Shown: positions 40,815 to 50,536 of the stretch, in pieces
How positions within the stretch are numbered: position 1 is the stretch's first letter
Layout of the letters: every line of letters begins with the position of its first letter
NCBI GenBank assembly: GCA_963814375.1
Contig: CAWFCQ010000004.1
Span: forward strand, 256,001 to 320,000
Origin: an uncultured Chloroflexia bacterium
Lineage (GTDB): Bacteria > Chloroflexota > Limnocylindria > QHBO01
Direction: 5' to 3'
Length of the DNA stretch: 64,000 bases
Program-made: the position numbers and the translations under genes
The notes under the pieces: generated by a model
The model's input: the letters and a program-made list of their open reading frames with translations, nothing else
Database searches by the model: none
What the model was told of the DNA's origin: nothing

Positions 40815-43175
40815 GTGGCTGACTCCGTGAAGCGCGACGTCCTGCCGATCCCCGATCAGCAGTACGTCGGCGTGACAACGTACGAGGCGAAGGACCCTGA
40901 TACGGTCTTTCCGCCGATTACACCGCTCCGCCCACCCGAGGGGGCACCGAACGTCCTCATCGTCCTCATCGACGATGTCGGCTTCGCCGCATCGAGCGCG
41001 TTCGGTGGGCCATGCAGCACGCCGAACTTCGAGCGTCTGGCGGCTGACGGGCTGAAGTACACCCGCTTCCATACGACGGCGCTTTGCTCTCCGACGAGGG
41101 CGGCGCTCCTGTCGGGACGCAACCACCATTCCGTCGGCATGGGCGGCATCACCGAGATCGCCACGTCAGCCCCGGGCTACAGCTCGGTGCGGCCGAAGAA
41201 CAAGGCGCCGCTGGCCGAGACTCTCAAGCTCAACGGCTACTCGACCGCGCAGTTCGGGAAGTGCCACGAGGTGCCGGTGTGGGAGACGAGCCCGATGGGC
41301 CCGTTCGACGCATGGCCCACCGGCAGCGGCTTCGAGCATTTCTACGGCTTCATCGGCGGCGAGACGAACCAATACGCCCCCGCCATCTATAACGACACCG
41401 TGCCGATCGAGCCGGATATCGCGCCCGGCGAGGACTACCACTTCACCGAGGACATGACCGATCGGACGATCGAGTGGATCCGGCAGCAGAAGGCGCTCAT
41501 GCGTGACAAGCCCTTCTTCGTGTACTTCGCGCCGGGAGCCACGCACGCGCCGCACCACGTTCGACCGGAGTGGTCCGACAAGTACAAGGGCAAGTTCGAC
41601 GACGGCTGGGATGCCGATCGCGAGCGCACCTTTGCGCGCCAGAAGGAGCTGGGTGTCATTCCCGCCGACTCCGAGCTCACTGCCCGCCCGGCGGAAATCC
41701 CCGCCTGGGATGAGATTCCTGACGATCTCAAGCCGGTCCTCGCCCGTCAGATGGAGGTCTATGCGGGCTTCCTCGAGCACACCGACCACCACGTCGGGAG
41801 GCTGTTCGATGCGCTGAAGGATCTTGGGATTCTCGACGACACCCTCGTGTACCTGATCATTGGCGACAACGGTGCGTCGGCCGAAGGGACGCCGCGCGGC
41901 ACGTTCAACGAGCTTCTCGTGCTGAACGGAGCCAACCATCTCGAGACCACCGAGTTCATGGCCGCGCGGATCGACAAGTTCGGGACGCCGGAGGCCTACA
42001 ACCACTTCGCGGTCGGCTGGGCACACGCCATGGACACGCCGTACCAGTGGACGAAGCAGGTCGGCTCACATTGGGGCGGGACGCGGAACGGGACGGTCAT
42101 TCACTGGCCGAACGGCATCAAGGCGAAGGGCGAGATGCGCAGCCAGTTCCATCACATCATCGACGTCGCACCAACGGTCCTCGAGGCCGCAGGGCTGCCC
42201 GCACCCCTCTTCGTCCACGGCATCCAGCAGGCGCCCCTCGAGGGCGTGTCGATGGCCTACACCTTCGATGACGAGGGCGCCGAGGATCGGCACACCACGC
42301 AGTACTTCGAGATGTTCGTCAACCGCGGCATCTATCACCGGGGCTGGACGGCGGTGACCCGACACTCGGTCCCGTGGGACCCGACGACGGGCAGGCAGCC
42401 GATCGACGATGACGTCTGGGAGCTGTACGGCCCTGACGACTGGACCCAGGCACACAATCTCGCGGATGAAGAGCCTGAGCAGCTGGCGCGCCTACAACGC
42501 CTCTTCCTCATCGAGGCCGGAAAGTACAACGTCCTGCCACTCGACGACCGACGCGTCGAGCGCTTCAATGCCGATATCGCCGGCCGGCCCCAGCTGATCC
42601 AGGGCAACACCCAGATCCTGTTCGGGGGAATGGGCCGCCTGTCCGAGAACTCGCTCATCGTTCTGAAGAACAAGTCACATGCCGTCACCGCAGAGGTCGT
42701 CGTGCCGGATGGCGCGACCAGCGGGACGATTGTGGCCCAGGGCGGGGCGTTCGGCGGGTGGAGCCTCTATTTGACGGACGGGAAGCCCGCCTACTGCTAC
42801 AACCTGTTCGGCCTCCAACAGTTCAAGGTCTATGGGACCGACCCTGTCCCGGCCGGTGAGCACCAGGTCCGTGTTGAGTTCACCTACGACGGCGGCGGGC
42901 TCGGAAAGGGCGGCACGGCAGCCTTGTTCGTCGACGGCGCCAAGGTCGGGGAGGGGCGCGTCGACGCCACGGTTCCGATGGCCTTTTCGGCCGACGAGAC
43001 CGCGGACGTGGGCAACGACACGGCGACGCCGGTGACTGATGACCTCGAGGAGGGCAAGGCGCAGTTCGGCGGCCGGGTCAAGTGGGTCCAGCTCGACCTT
43101 GGTGAAGACGCCGAGGATGCCGACCACCTGATCTCGGACGAGGAACGCTATCGGATTGCGATGGCGCGCCAATAG
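40815..43175 (+). CDS. Arylsulfatase (Cys-type) with C-terminal LamG-like domain
   Basis: PNVLIVLIDDVG, LCSPTRAALLSGRN (CxPxR), GKCH, GATHAPH, GDNG. Confidence 0.95.
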   Translation: MADSVKRDVLPIPDQQYVGVTTYEAKDPDTVFPPITPLRPPEGAPNVLIVLIDDVGFAASSAFGGPCSTPNFERLAADGLKYTRFHTTALCSPTRAALLSGRNHHSVGMGGITEIATSAPGYSSVRPKNKAPLAETLKLNGYSTAQFGKCHEVPVWETSPMGPFDAWPTGSGFEHFYGFIGGETNQYAPAIYNDTVPIEPDIAPGEDYHFTEDMTDRTIEWIRQQKALMRDKPFFVYFAPGATHAPHHVRPEWSDKYKGKFDDGWDADRERTFARQKELGVIPADSELTARPAEIPAWDEIPDDLKPVLARQMEVYAGFLEHTDHHVGRLFDALKDLGILDDTLVYLIIGDNGASAEGTPRGTFNELLVLNGANHLETTEFMAARIDKFGTPEAYNHFAVGWAHAMDTPYQWTKQVGSHWGGTRNGTVIHWPNGIKAKGEMRSQFHHIIDVAPTVLEAAGLPAPLFVHGIQQAPLEGVSMAYTFDDEGAEDRHTTQYFEMFVNRGIYHRGWTAVTRHSVPWDPTTGRQPIDDDVWELYGPDDWTQAHNLADEEPEQLARLQRLFLIEAGKYNVLPLDDRRVERFNADIAGRPQLIQGNTQILFGGMGRLSENSLIVLKNKSHAVTAEVVVPDGATSGTIVAQGGAFGGWSLYLTDGKPAYCYNLFGLQQFKVYGTDPVPAGEHQVRVEFTYDGGGLGKGGTAALFVDGAKVGEGRVDATVPMAFSADETADVGNDTATPVTDDLEEGKAQFGGRVKWVQLDLGEDAEDADHLISDEERYRIAMARQ

Positions 43176-43190
43176 AGGGAGGGCCGTCCC

Positions 43191-43343
43191 GTGGACGAGT
43201 TCCTGTCGACGCTCCAGAGCCTCTTCACGTTCGCATTCGTCGTCAGCAGCATGCTGGCCATGGGGCTGCCGCTCGCCGCCGAGTTCGGCAAGCGAGCCCC
43301 CGCGGGCGCGCGCGCGGCGGACCAGCATCCGGCCGAGCCCTGA
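43191..43343 (+). pseudogene. Internally deleted bile acid:sodium symporter-family remnant
   Basis: 50 aa: family-like N-terminus FVVSSMLAMGL fused directly to C-terminus-like PLAAEFGKR; GAGGGAGG SD. Confidence 0.55.
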
Positions 43344-43360
43344 TCGGGTAGCGCCCGAGC

Positions 43361-44605
43361 ATGGATGCGATCGACCTCACCATCTTCGCTGCGCTCGCGA
43401 TGGTCTACGCCGTCGGCTCCGGCATGTTGGGGCGCACGATCCTCACACCCGCCATCTTCTTCCTTACCGCCGGGATCCTCTTCGGCGATGCCGTGCTTGG
43501 ATGGCTCATCCTCGATGCCGACGGACCGACGCTCCGCCTCATCGCCGAGACGACCCTCGCGCTCGTCCTCTTCGCCGATGCATCGAAGATCAACGTCAAG
43601 CTCCTCACGCGAGAGATCGCCATCCCGGCTCGCCTGCTCGGCATCGGGTTGCCGCTGACGATTGCCGCCGGTGTTGCCGCGGCGCTCGTCGTGGTCCCGG
43701 GCCTGACCGTCGTCGAGGCCACGCTGCTGGCCATCGCCATCGCCCCAACCGATGCCGCCCTTGGCCAGGCCGTCGTCTCCGACGAGCGGGTCCCGTCGCG
43801 CGTTCGCCAAGGGCTCAACGTCGAGAGCGGGCTCAACGACGGGCTCTGCGTGCCGCTGCTGCTCATCGTCCTGGCCTTCGCATCGGCGGAGGGTGGAGGC
43901 GAGACGGAGCCGGTCCGGCTGGTGCTGGAGGAGATCGGCTTTGGCGTCGTGGGCGGCCTGGCGGCGGCCAGCATCGGCGTGGCTGCGCTTCGATTCGGCA
44001 CCGCGCGTGGCTGGGTTGCGTCGGCGTGGGCCCCGCTGGTGCCGCTTGCGATCACGGGCATGGCGTACGGGCTCGCGACCACGCTGCACGGCAGTGGCCT
44101 GATCGCCGCCTTCGCTGCCGGATTGACCTTCGGAGTGCTGGGGACGGCCCGCGAGCTTGAGACATCAGAGATGGTGGAGACCGTCGCGGACGGATTCAGC
44201 GCGGCAACGTTCCTCGTCTTCGGTGCGGCCATCGTCCCGGCAGTGATGTTCGGCTTCACGTGGGCGACTCTGATCTTCGCCGTTGTCGCACTTACCCTGG
44301 CACGCATGATCCCGGTGGCGATCTCCCTCATCGGGCTGCATGCGCGGCTGCCGACGGTGACATTCATCGGCTGGTTCGGCCCGCGAGGTCTCGCCTCGAT
44401 CGTGTTCGCCGTGCTCATCCTCCAGGCAGAGCCGATTCCGAGTCTCGAGCTGCTGCTTGCGACGATCAGCCTGACGATCGTCGTGTCGGTCTACGCGCAC
44501 GGGATTACCGCGAGACCGTTGACCCAGCGCTATACGGCCTGGCTCCACGCCAACCCACGCGGCGACCAGCTTGCGGCGATGGCCGATCCGCGACCCCCGA
44601 CGTAG
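43361..44605 (+). CDS. Cation:proton antiporter (NhaP/CPA1)
   Basis: LVLFADA, APTDAALG, LNVESGLNDG, GWFGPRGLASIVF. Confidence 0.92.
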   Translation: MDAIDLTIFAALAMVYAVGSGMLGRTILTPAIFFLTAGILFGDAVLGWLILDADGPTLRLIAETTLALVLFADASKINVKLLTREIAIPARLLGIGLPLTIAAGVAAALVVVPGLTVVEATLLAIAIAPTDAALGQAVVSDERVPSRVRQGLNVESGLNDGLCVPLLLIVLAFASAEGGGETEPVRLVLEEIGFGVVGGLAAASIGVAALRFGTARGWVASAWAPLVPLAITGMAYGLATTLHGSGLIAAFAAGLTFGVLGTARELETSEMVETVADGFSAATFLVFGAAIVPAVMFGFTWATLIFAVVALTLARMIPVAISLIGLHARLPTVTFIGWFGPRGLASIVFAVLILQAEPIPSLELLLATISLTIVVSVYAHGITARPLTQRYTAWLHANPRGDQLAAMADPRPPT

Positions 44606-44743
44606 GAGCGCGACACGAGCGTTCGTCGAATGCCATGGTACGGTGCAGTACACAACTCGGCCTACGCATCGTCTCTGACAGGACGGAAGTCAAATGGCGC
44701 TAGACCCAAGCCCGTATCTCATCGAGAAGGCGACCTCTGGCCG

Positions 44744-46060
44744 ATGATTGAGCTTTCCCCTCGGTCGGGCGCGACGGACGATGTCGAGCTCCTCCGCGGA
44801 GCCGCCGCCGGCGACTGGGAATGCATCGCTGGCCTGTACGACCGCCATCGCGAGAGGGCACTCGCCGTCGCCATCAGCGTGCTGGCCGACCCGTCCGAGG
44901 CGGAGGACGTGGTGCATGACGCCTTCGTCGACCTGCCGCGCATGGCACGCAGCTACGATCCTCGCCGCGGCCGATTCCCGCAGTGGCTCAACCGGAGCGT
45001 CCGCAATCGCGCCATCGACCACGTCCGCCGCCGTGCGCGCGTGGCGAGCCGCACGGCGCCGTCGGTCAAAGGCCCCGAGGAACTTCTCGCGCTGACCGCC
45101 GCGCGCAGTGCATCGCCCCTCGACGAGGCCGAGGCACAGGAGTTTCTCGACCTGGTCGCCCGGTTGGATGGTCGATACGCTCATCTCATCCGGCTCGCGT
45201 TCGTCGATGGCTGGAGCCACTCGGCAATCGCCCGCCTCACCGGGCTCCCGCTTGGCACGGTGAAGACTCGCATTCGGAACAGCCTCCGCCAGCTGCGTTT
45301 GCTCATGGACGAGGCCGCCGTGGCGGGGGTCGCCGGGCCGCACGAGCCAGGCCTGGGCGTTGAGACCGTGATCGCAGTGCACACGCGCGATCGACGGCTG
45401 GCGGCGGCGGTGCGTGCGCACGCCTCGGGCCTCGCGCGAGTTGAGGTCATCGGCAGGCTCCCCAGGGCGCGCAGTACCGCGGCCAGCTGGCGCTGTCCTC
45501 GATCTCAGGTCGGCACCGGCAGTAATCGGGAGATTGCCTTGACCGAATCGAGGACGCCGGGTGGGGGACCTTACCCCTCCTCCTGCTGGCGGGACGTCGC
45601 GACCGCGACATCGTTCCTCGGCGCGCCGGACTGACGCTGGCCATCAATGCCGGCGATCCGCCTCATCTTGACCTTGAGTCGGCGATCACGGCACTGCTCA
45701 GCGCGGCATTCGAACCCGCGGGTGCGCGGGATCGCCACCGATCAGCTGTACTGCGGAGCGTCACCGCGGCGGTTGTCGTCGGGGATCGGCTCGGCCGAAT
45801 CCGTGGCGCAACAGCGGCTGCGGCGCTGCTGTTCGGCAGGACGCCGCGTCAGCTCGGTCGGCTCGTTCGTCACCGATCTCAGCGCGACGCCGACCGCCCG
45901 GACGGAGCGCCAGTGGCAGCACCTTGCGACCACCGGCTGGTGGGCCGGCAGGTCGCTGGCCCGACGACCAGCCGGGTCACCGCTTCCGATCTGGGGCAGA
46001 GCCTGGATGTCACCCGGTGGCGGCTTCGTGGGCACGTACGCGCCCGATCCGCCGTCGTGA
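44744..46060 (+). CDS. ECF sigma-70 factor with C-terminal receiver-like and PAS domains (three +1 frameshifts)
   Basis: sigma2 AEDVVHDAF...RNRAIDHVRR, sigma4 GLPLGTVKTRIR; repaired continuation PAGAVLDL...TLPLLLLAG and AVVVGDRLGRIRGATAAAALLFGRTPRQLVGSFVTDL. Confidence 0.7.
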
Positions 46061-46087
46061 CCGCCAAACCGATGCAAGGAGACGACC

Positions 46088-46372
46088 ATGTGCCTGTTCC
46101 TGAGCATGCTGTTCCTCGGCCCGCGTGCCGCCATCTTCCTGTGGTGGCTGATTGAGCCGGGCAGGTGGGCGATCGTGTTCAACAACTCGTTCATCGTGCC
46201 GTTCCTGGGCTTCCTCTTCGTGCCGTGGTCGACGCTGATGTACGTCGTGGTTGGGCCGGGCGGCATCGTCGGGTGGGACTGGCTGTGGATGGGCCTTGCG
46301 CTGAGCGCGGACGTCGCCTCGTATGCGGGCGGTGCGGTTGGTGGTCGAGGCAAGGTTCCCGGATACTCCTGA
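46088..46372 (+). CDS. Small membrane protein
   Basis: GPRAAIFLWWL...FLFVPWSTLMY; AAGGAG SD. Confidence 0.75.
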   Translation: MCLFLSMLFLGPRAAIFLWWLIEPGRWAIVFNNSFIVPFLGFLFVPWSTLMYVVVGPGGIVGWDWLWMGLALSADVASYAGGAVGGRGKVPGYS

Positions 46373-46496
46373 TCCAGGCACTTGGTTCAGCCAGCAGGCA
46401 AGCCCTCGCGACCGGACGCCGACCACGATTTGCTAGAATCGGCGCTCCCGATCTGAGCACCATTTCGCCCGCGCGTGCGCGTGGCCAGGAGGACCG

Positions 46497-47255
46497 ATGT
46501 CAGGCCACAGCAAGTGGTCCACCATCAAGCGCCAGAAGGGGGCCAACGACGCCAAGCGCGGGGCCCTCTTCACCAAGCTTGCGCGCGAGATCATCACCGC
46601 CGCGCGGCAGGGTGGTGGTGACCTCGATGCCAACTATCGGTTGCGGATGGCGGTCGACAAGGCGCGCGCCAACTCGATGCCGGCCGACAACATCAAGCGG
46701 GCCATCGAGCGTGCCACTGGCGCCGGTGCGGAGGCGGAGCAGTACGAGGAGATCACGTACGAGGGCATCGGCCCGGCTAGCGTCGCGGTCATCGTGGCGG
46801 CCATGACCGACAACCGGAACAGGACCGCGTCCGAGGTGCGTAGCATCTTCAACCGCCACGGCGGGACTCTCTCGACCGTGGCCTGGCAGTTCGAGCAGAA
46901 GGGCGTGATCAGCCTTCCCATCAACGGCGCCGATCCCGACGAGCTGACGCTGGCCGCCATCGATGCCGGAGCCGCTGACGTCGAGGCGGCCGATGCCGGC
47001 TCGATCATCGTCACCACCGATCCCGGCAACCTCGAGGCCGTGCGCCTCGCACTTGCGGATGCCGGCTACGAGGCGGAGAGCGCCGAGCTCTCGCTCGAGC
47101 CGACGACGACCGTCGAGATCAGTGACGAGTCGACCGCTCGGCAGGTTCTCCAGTTCGTCGAGCTCCTCGAGGATCTGGACGATGTCCAGAACGTCTACGC
47201 CAACTTCGACATCCCGAGCGAGCTCATGGAGCGCCTCGAAGCCTCAGTCGCATGA
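46497..47255 (+). CDS. yebC: YebC/PmpR family protein
   Basis: MSGHSKWSTIKRQKG, NIKRAI, TDNRNRT, DLDDVQNVYANF. Confidence 0.96.
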   Translation: MSGHSKWSTIKRQKGANDAKRGALFTKLAREIITAARQGGGDLDANYRLRMAVDKARANSMPADNIKRAIERATGAGAEAEQYEEITYEGIGPASVAVIVAAMTDNRNRTASEVRSIFNRHGGTLSTVAWQFEQKGVISLPINGADPDELTLAAIDAGAADVEAADAGSIIVTTDPGNLEAVRLALADAGYEAESAELSLEPTTTVEISDESTARQVLQFVELLEDLDDVQNVYANFDIPSELMERLEASVA

Positions 47256-47287
47256 GCGTGGCGCTCGCACCGGACGGGGCGTAGGAG

Positions 47288-48946
47288 ATGGCAAAGGACT
47301 CGGCGACCGCCTCCTCCGCCGCCGCGCGTGGACCGAGTGAGGCTGGAGGGCCACCAAACGGGGGCCTGATCCTCTGGTCGCTGATCATCGTCGCGGCCGT
47401 CGCCAACCTGAATCTTTCGGTGGCCAACGTCGCGTTGCCATCGATCGGCGCCGCGTTCGATGCCTCGCAGACCTCACTGGACCTTGTGGCGGTCGGCTAC
47501 TCGCTGGGCCTGGCCGCATCGGTTCTGTGGCTCGGGGCCATCGGCGATCGCTACGGCCGCAAGCTGCTGCTCCTGCTCGGGGTTGGGCTCTCGATTCCCG
47601 CGTGCCTGTTGGCCGCGTTCGCGCCGAGCATCGAGGTGCTCATCGGGGCGCGCATCGCCGGGGGCATCTCGGCAGGCATGGCCTACCCGACCACTCTGGC
47701 GCTGATCACGGCGCTCTGGGCGCCGGGGCCGGGAAGGACCCATTCGATTGCGCTGTGGTCGGCCCTCGGGGGCGCGATCGCCGCGCTCGGCCCTCTCGTC
47801 TCGGGCTTTCTGCTGGAAGGGTTCGAGTGGGGATCGGTCTTCCTGGTCACGCTGCCGCTTGCTGCCATTGCCCTCTTCATGGCGTGGCGGTTCGTACCTG
47901 CCCACGTCAACGAGACGACCGACCCGGTCGACAATCTCGGCGGCATCCTCTCCGCGGTGCTGGTCGGGACGCTCATCCTGGCGATCAACTTCGCGCCCGT
48001 CCCCAACATGACGGCGCTCGTGATGGGGCTGGCGGTCATCTGTCTTGCCGCGGCAGTCGCGTTCGTCATTCGTCAGCGACGCACAAAGGATCCGCTGTAC
48101 GACCTCGACATCGCGGCTCGGCCGACGTTCTGGGTCGCCGCGGTGGCCGGAATCATCGTCTTCGGATCGCTGATGGGCGCAATGTTCATCGGCCAGCAAT
48201 ACCTTCAGAACGTGCTCGAGTACTCGACCCTCGAGGCTGGCACCGGGATCATTCCGGCGGCCATCGCGATGGTCCTGGTCGCGCCTCGGTCGGCCGTGAT
48301 CGTCGAGGCGCGGGGCGCACGCTTCACCCTTCTCTTCGGATACGTCTTCGTCCTCGGTGGGTTCCTGACGATGTTGCTGCTGTGGGGCGAGGGCACCAGC
48401 TACCTCGTCGTCGCGTTGGGCTACGTCCTCGTCGGGATCGGCGTGGGGCTCGCTGGCACGCCTGCCTCGCGATCACTGACCGGCTCGGTGCCCGTCACGC
48501 GCGCCGGGATGGCGTCGGGCACTGCCGACCTCCAGCGCGACCTGGGCGGCGCGATCATGCAGTCGATCTTCGGTGCGCTCCTGACGGCCGGATATGCGGC
48601 CGCCTTCGCCGCGGCGATCACCGCGGCGCCGTCGAACCCCGACCTCACGACAAGCGTGCAGAACCAGCTGACGATGTCGTTCGCGGGAGCCGTGGAGGTG
48701 GCGAAGCAGTACCCGCAGTACAGCGAACAGATCATCGCGGCGGCTCAGGAGTCCTTCCTTGCCGGCGACCAGTGGGCCTACCTGGCCGGCATCGTCGCCG
48801 TCCTCCTTGGCGCAACCCTTGTCTTCTTCAAGTTCCCGCGCCACGACGAGGAACGTCGGCTGCTTGAGGAATATCGCGACCAGGACGCCGCTGCGCCGCC
48901 TTCCCCCGCGGAGGTGACGCCAGCTCCGGCGGGATCCACCGCATGA
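47288..48946 (+). CDS. MFS transporter (DHA2-like, 14 TM)
   Basis: VANVALPSI, GDRYGRK, GMASGTADLQRDLGGA. Confidence 0.9.
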   Translation: MAKDSATASSAAARGPSEAGGPPNGGLILWSLIIVAAVANLNLSVANVALPSIGAAFDASQTSLDLVAVGYSLGLAASVLWLGAIGDRYGRKLLLLLGVGLSIPACLLAAFAPSIEVLIGARIAGGISAGMAYPTTLALITALWAPGPGRTHSIALWSALGGAIAALGPLVSGFLLEGFEWGSVFLVTLPLAAIALFMAWRFVPAHVNETTDPVDNLGGILSAVLVGTLILAINFAPVPNMTALVMGLAVICLAAAVAFVIRQRRTKDPLYDLDIAARPTFWVAAVAGIIVFGSLMGAMFIGQQYLQNVLEYSTLEAGTGIIPAAIAMVLVAPRSAVIVEARGARFTLLFGYVFVLGGFLTMLLLWGEGTSYLVVALGYVLVGIGVGLAGTPASRSLTGSVPVTRAGMASGTADLQRDLGGAIMQSIFGALLTAGYAAAFAAAITAAPSNPDLTTSVQNQLTMSFAGAVEVAKQYPQYSEQIIAAAQESFLAGDQWAYLAGIVAVLLGATLVFFKFPRHDEERRLLEEYRDQDAAAPPSPAEVTPAPAGSTA

Positions 48947-49017
48947 GACGGCACAGATTCGACGGATGGCTACCTTCGTCGCAGGAGGCAGCGCTAGCCG
49001 GAGCTCGAGGCCTTCTG

Positions 49018-50151
49018 TCAGCCTCCGGTGGCGGTGCGACGACGCCGTGAAGGGGCGGGCGACCTCGACGCCGCGGACGGACCAGTCGCGGCGCCGAGGT
49101 ACCCGCTGAGCAACGCACCGACGTCCGGCACGGTCTCGTGCCGGAGCCGATAGCGCTTCGAGCCGACGCCGACCGAGATGAGGCCGGCGGAACGCAGCAC
49201 GATCATGTGGTGGTGCATGGAGGTCTTGGCGACGCCGAACATGTCGGCCAGCTCCATCAACGTCTTCTCCCCATCGGCCAGTGCGCGAAGGATGCGCAGG
49301 CGCTTCTCGTCGCCGAGCGCCTTCGAGAGGCGCACGAGTCGTAGAGGGGGAGCGTCTGACTCGGCGCTGACGTTCTCGTCGGCGACCGGGTAGACGATGA
49401 GCAGCGTCTCGCCGAATTCGTTGTAGGTGACCAGCGGGCGATTCACGAAGCTCGGGATCAGGACCACCCGGTCAACGCCGGGCCGCGGCGCGAACTCGAC
49501 CCCGTTCGTGGCGGTGGTGATGAACTGATCGATCGGAAGCTCGCGCTGCAGCGCGCGCTTTGCCTCGGCGTCCCGTTCGACGATCGGCATGATCGTCAGC
49601 GACTCGGGCTTCCAGACGCGCTCGGCCCACTGCTCGATGCATCCGACCAGCTCGGCCTTGAGGTCTTCGCCATCCCGATCGAGGACGTGCGAGAGATAGG
49701 TAGTCCACTGCTCCCACTCCGGATAGGAGGTGCGCAGGAACTCGCGCCGCGCGTCCGGATCGCCACCGACCGCGGCACGGATGACCGTCGGCGGGGTCAT
49801 GCGGCGCATCTCACGGGCATAGAACTGGACGAGGTGGAGCCGGATCTCGTCCGCATCGGTCTGGCGCAGGTGGTCGAGGAATCCGGGGACGTCGCGCGGA
49901 GCCGGGGTGTCGTAGACGAGAGAGGCGAGGTGAACGAAGGTGTCGTTCTCGCCCATCATCACGGCGTCGATGCGCCGGATCAGGTCCTCGCCGGCGCGGG
50001 CACGCGCCTCCGCGATCCAGGGCTCGCCGATCTCGTACGTCTCGGAGTCCTGCTCACCGAATACGACGGCCATCGACTGCAGCAGCTCGTAGGCGGGGGA
50101 GACCTCGATGCTGAGGATGGGCGGGGTGTCGGGGCGACGCGTTGGGGCCAT
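49018..50151 (-). CDS. ArsR-family regulator with large N-terminal domain and C-terminal HTH
   Basis: KALGDEKRLRILRAL...LADMFGVAKTSMHHHMIVLRSAGLI. Confidence 0.85.
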   Translation of the reverse strand: MAPTRRPDTPPILSIEVSPAYELLQSMAVVFGEQDSETYEIGEPWIAEARARAGEDLIRRIDAVMMGENDTFVHLASLVYDTPAPRDVPGFLDHLRQTDADEIRLHLVQFYAREMRRMTPPTVIRAAVGGDPDARREFLRTSYPEWEQWTTYLSHVLDRDGEDLKAELVGCIEQWAERVWKPESLTIMPIVERDAEAKRALQRELPIDQFITTATNGVEFAPRPGVDRVVLIPSFVNRPLVTYNEFGETLLIVYPVADENVSAESDAPPLRLVRLSKALGDEKRLRILRALADGEKTLMELADMFGVAKTSMHHHMIVLRSAGLISVGVGSKRYRLRHETVPDVGALLSGYLGAATGPSAASRSPAPSRRRRTATGG

Positions 50152-50178
50152 GCGATCGGACCTCCGAGGAGCGAGAGA

Positions 50179-50385
50179 TCAGGCGGCGCGTGGATGTGCC
50201 GAAGGGCGAGCGGGCTCGACCCGCTCGCCACTCAGCGTGCTTCCGGCCACGATCAGCGCGCGGCCGACGCGAACGCGGAGCCCGCCACGGGCCGGGGCCT
50301 GTGACTGGTGCAACGTCTCGCGCAGTTGTTCCTGGCGTTCCCGGATGAGGTGGTCCAGGACGCCGGGATTGGGAAGAATCATCAT
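50179..50385 (-). CDS. Small hypothetical protein co-transcribed upstream of the ArsR regulator
   Basis: GGAGG SD; HLIRERQEQLR...LRVRVGRALIVAG. Confidence 0.6.
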   Translation of the reverse strand: MMILPNPGVLDHLIRERQEQLRETLHQSQAPARGGLRVRVGRALIVAGSTLSGERVEPARPSAHPRAA

Positions 50386-50426
50386 TTCATTCTGCCTCCG
50401 TCCCTTCGTCCGACCAAGTGTTCTGT

Positions 50427-50505
50427 GTTCGACTCTTATCGAACGAAACGTATCGTACGGGATGATTCGAACGCTGTCAAGCCGTTCGTACGAGATAGTT
50501 CGGAT
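50427..50505 (-). promoter_or_regulatory. Sigma70 promoter overlapped by three palindromic operator boxes
   Basis: Minus strand TTGACA(50480-50475)-17-TACGAT(50457-50452); GTTCGA-N6-TCGAAC at 50427, GTACGG-N6-TCGAAC at 50455, GTACGA-N6-TCGGAT at 50488. Confidence 0.75.
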
Positions 50506-50536
50506 TGCCACGATCGGCCGCGGCTACCATGCTCGC

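Noticed and set aside
35040-46430. Accessory block as an integrative mobile element
   Set aside because: No integrase, transposase, tRNA target or flanking direct repeats recognised
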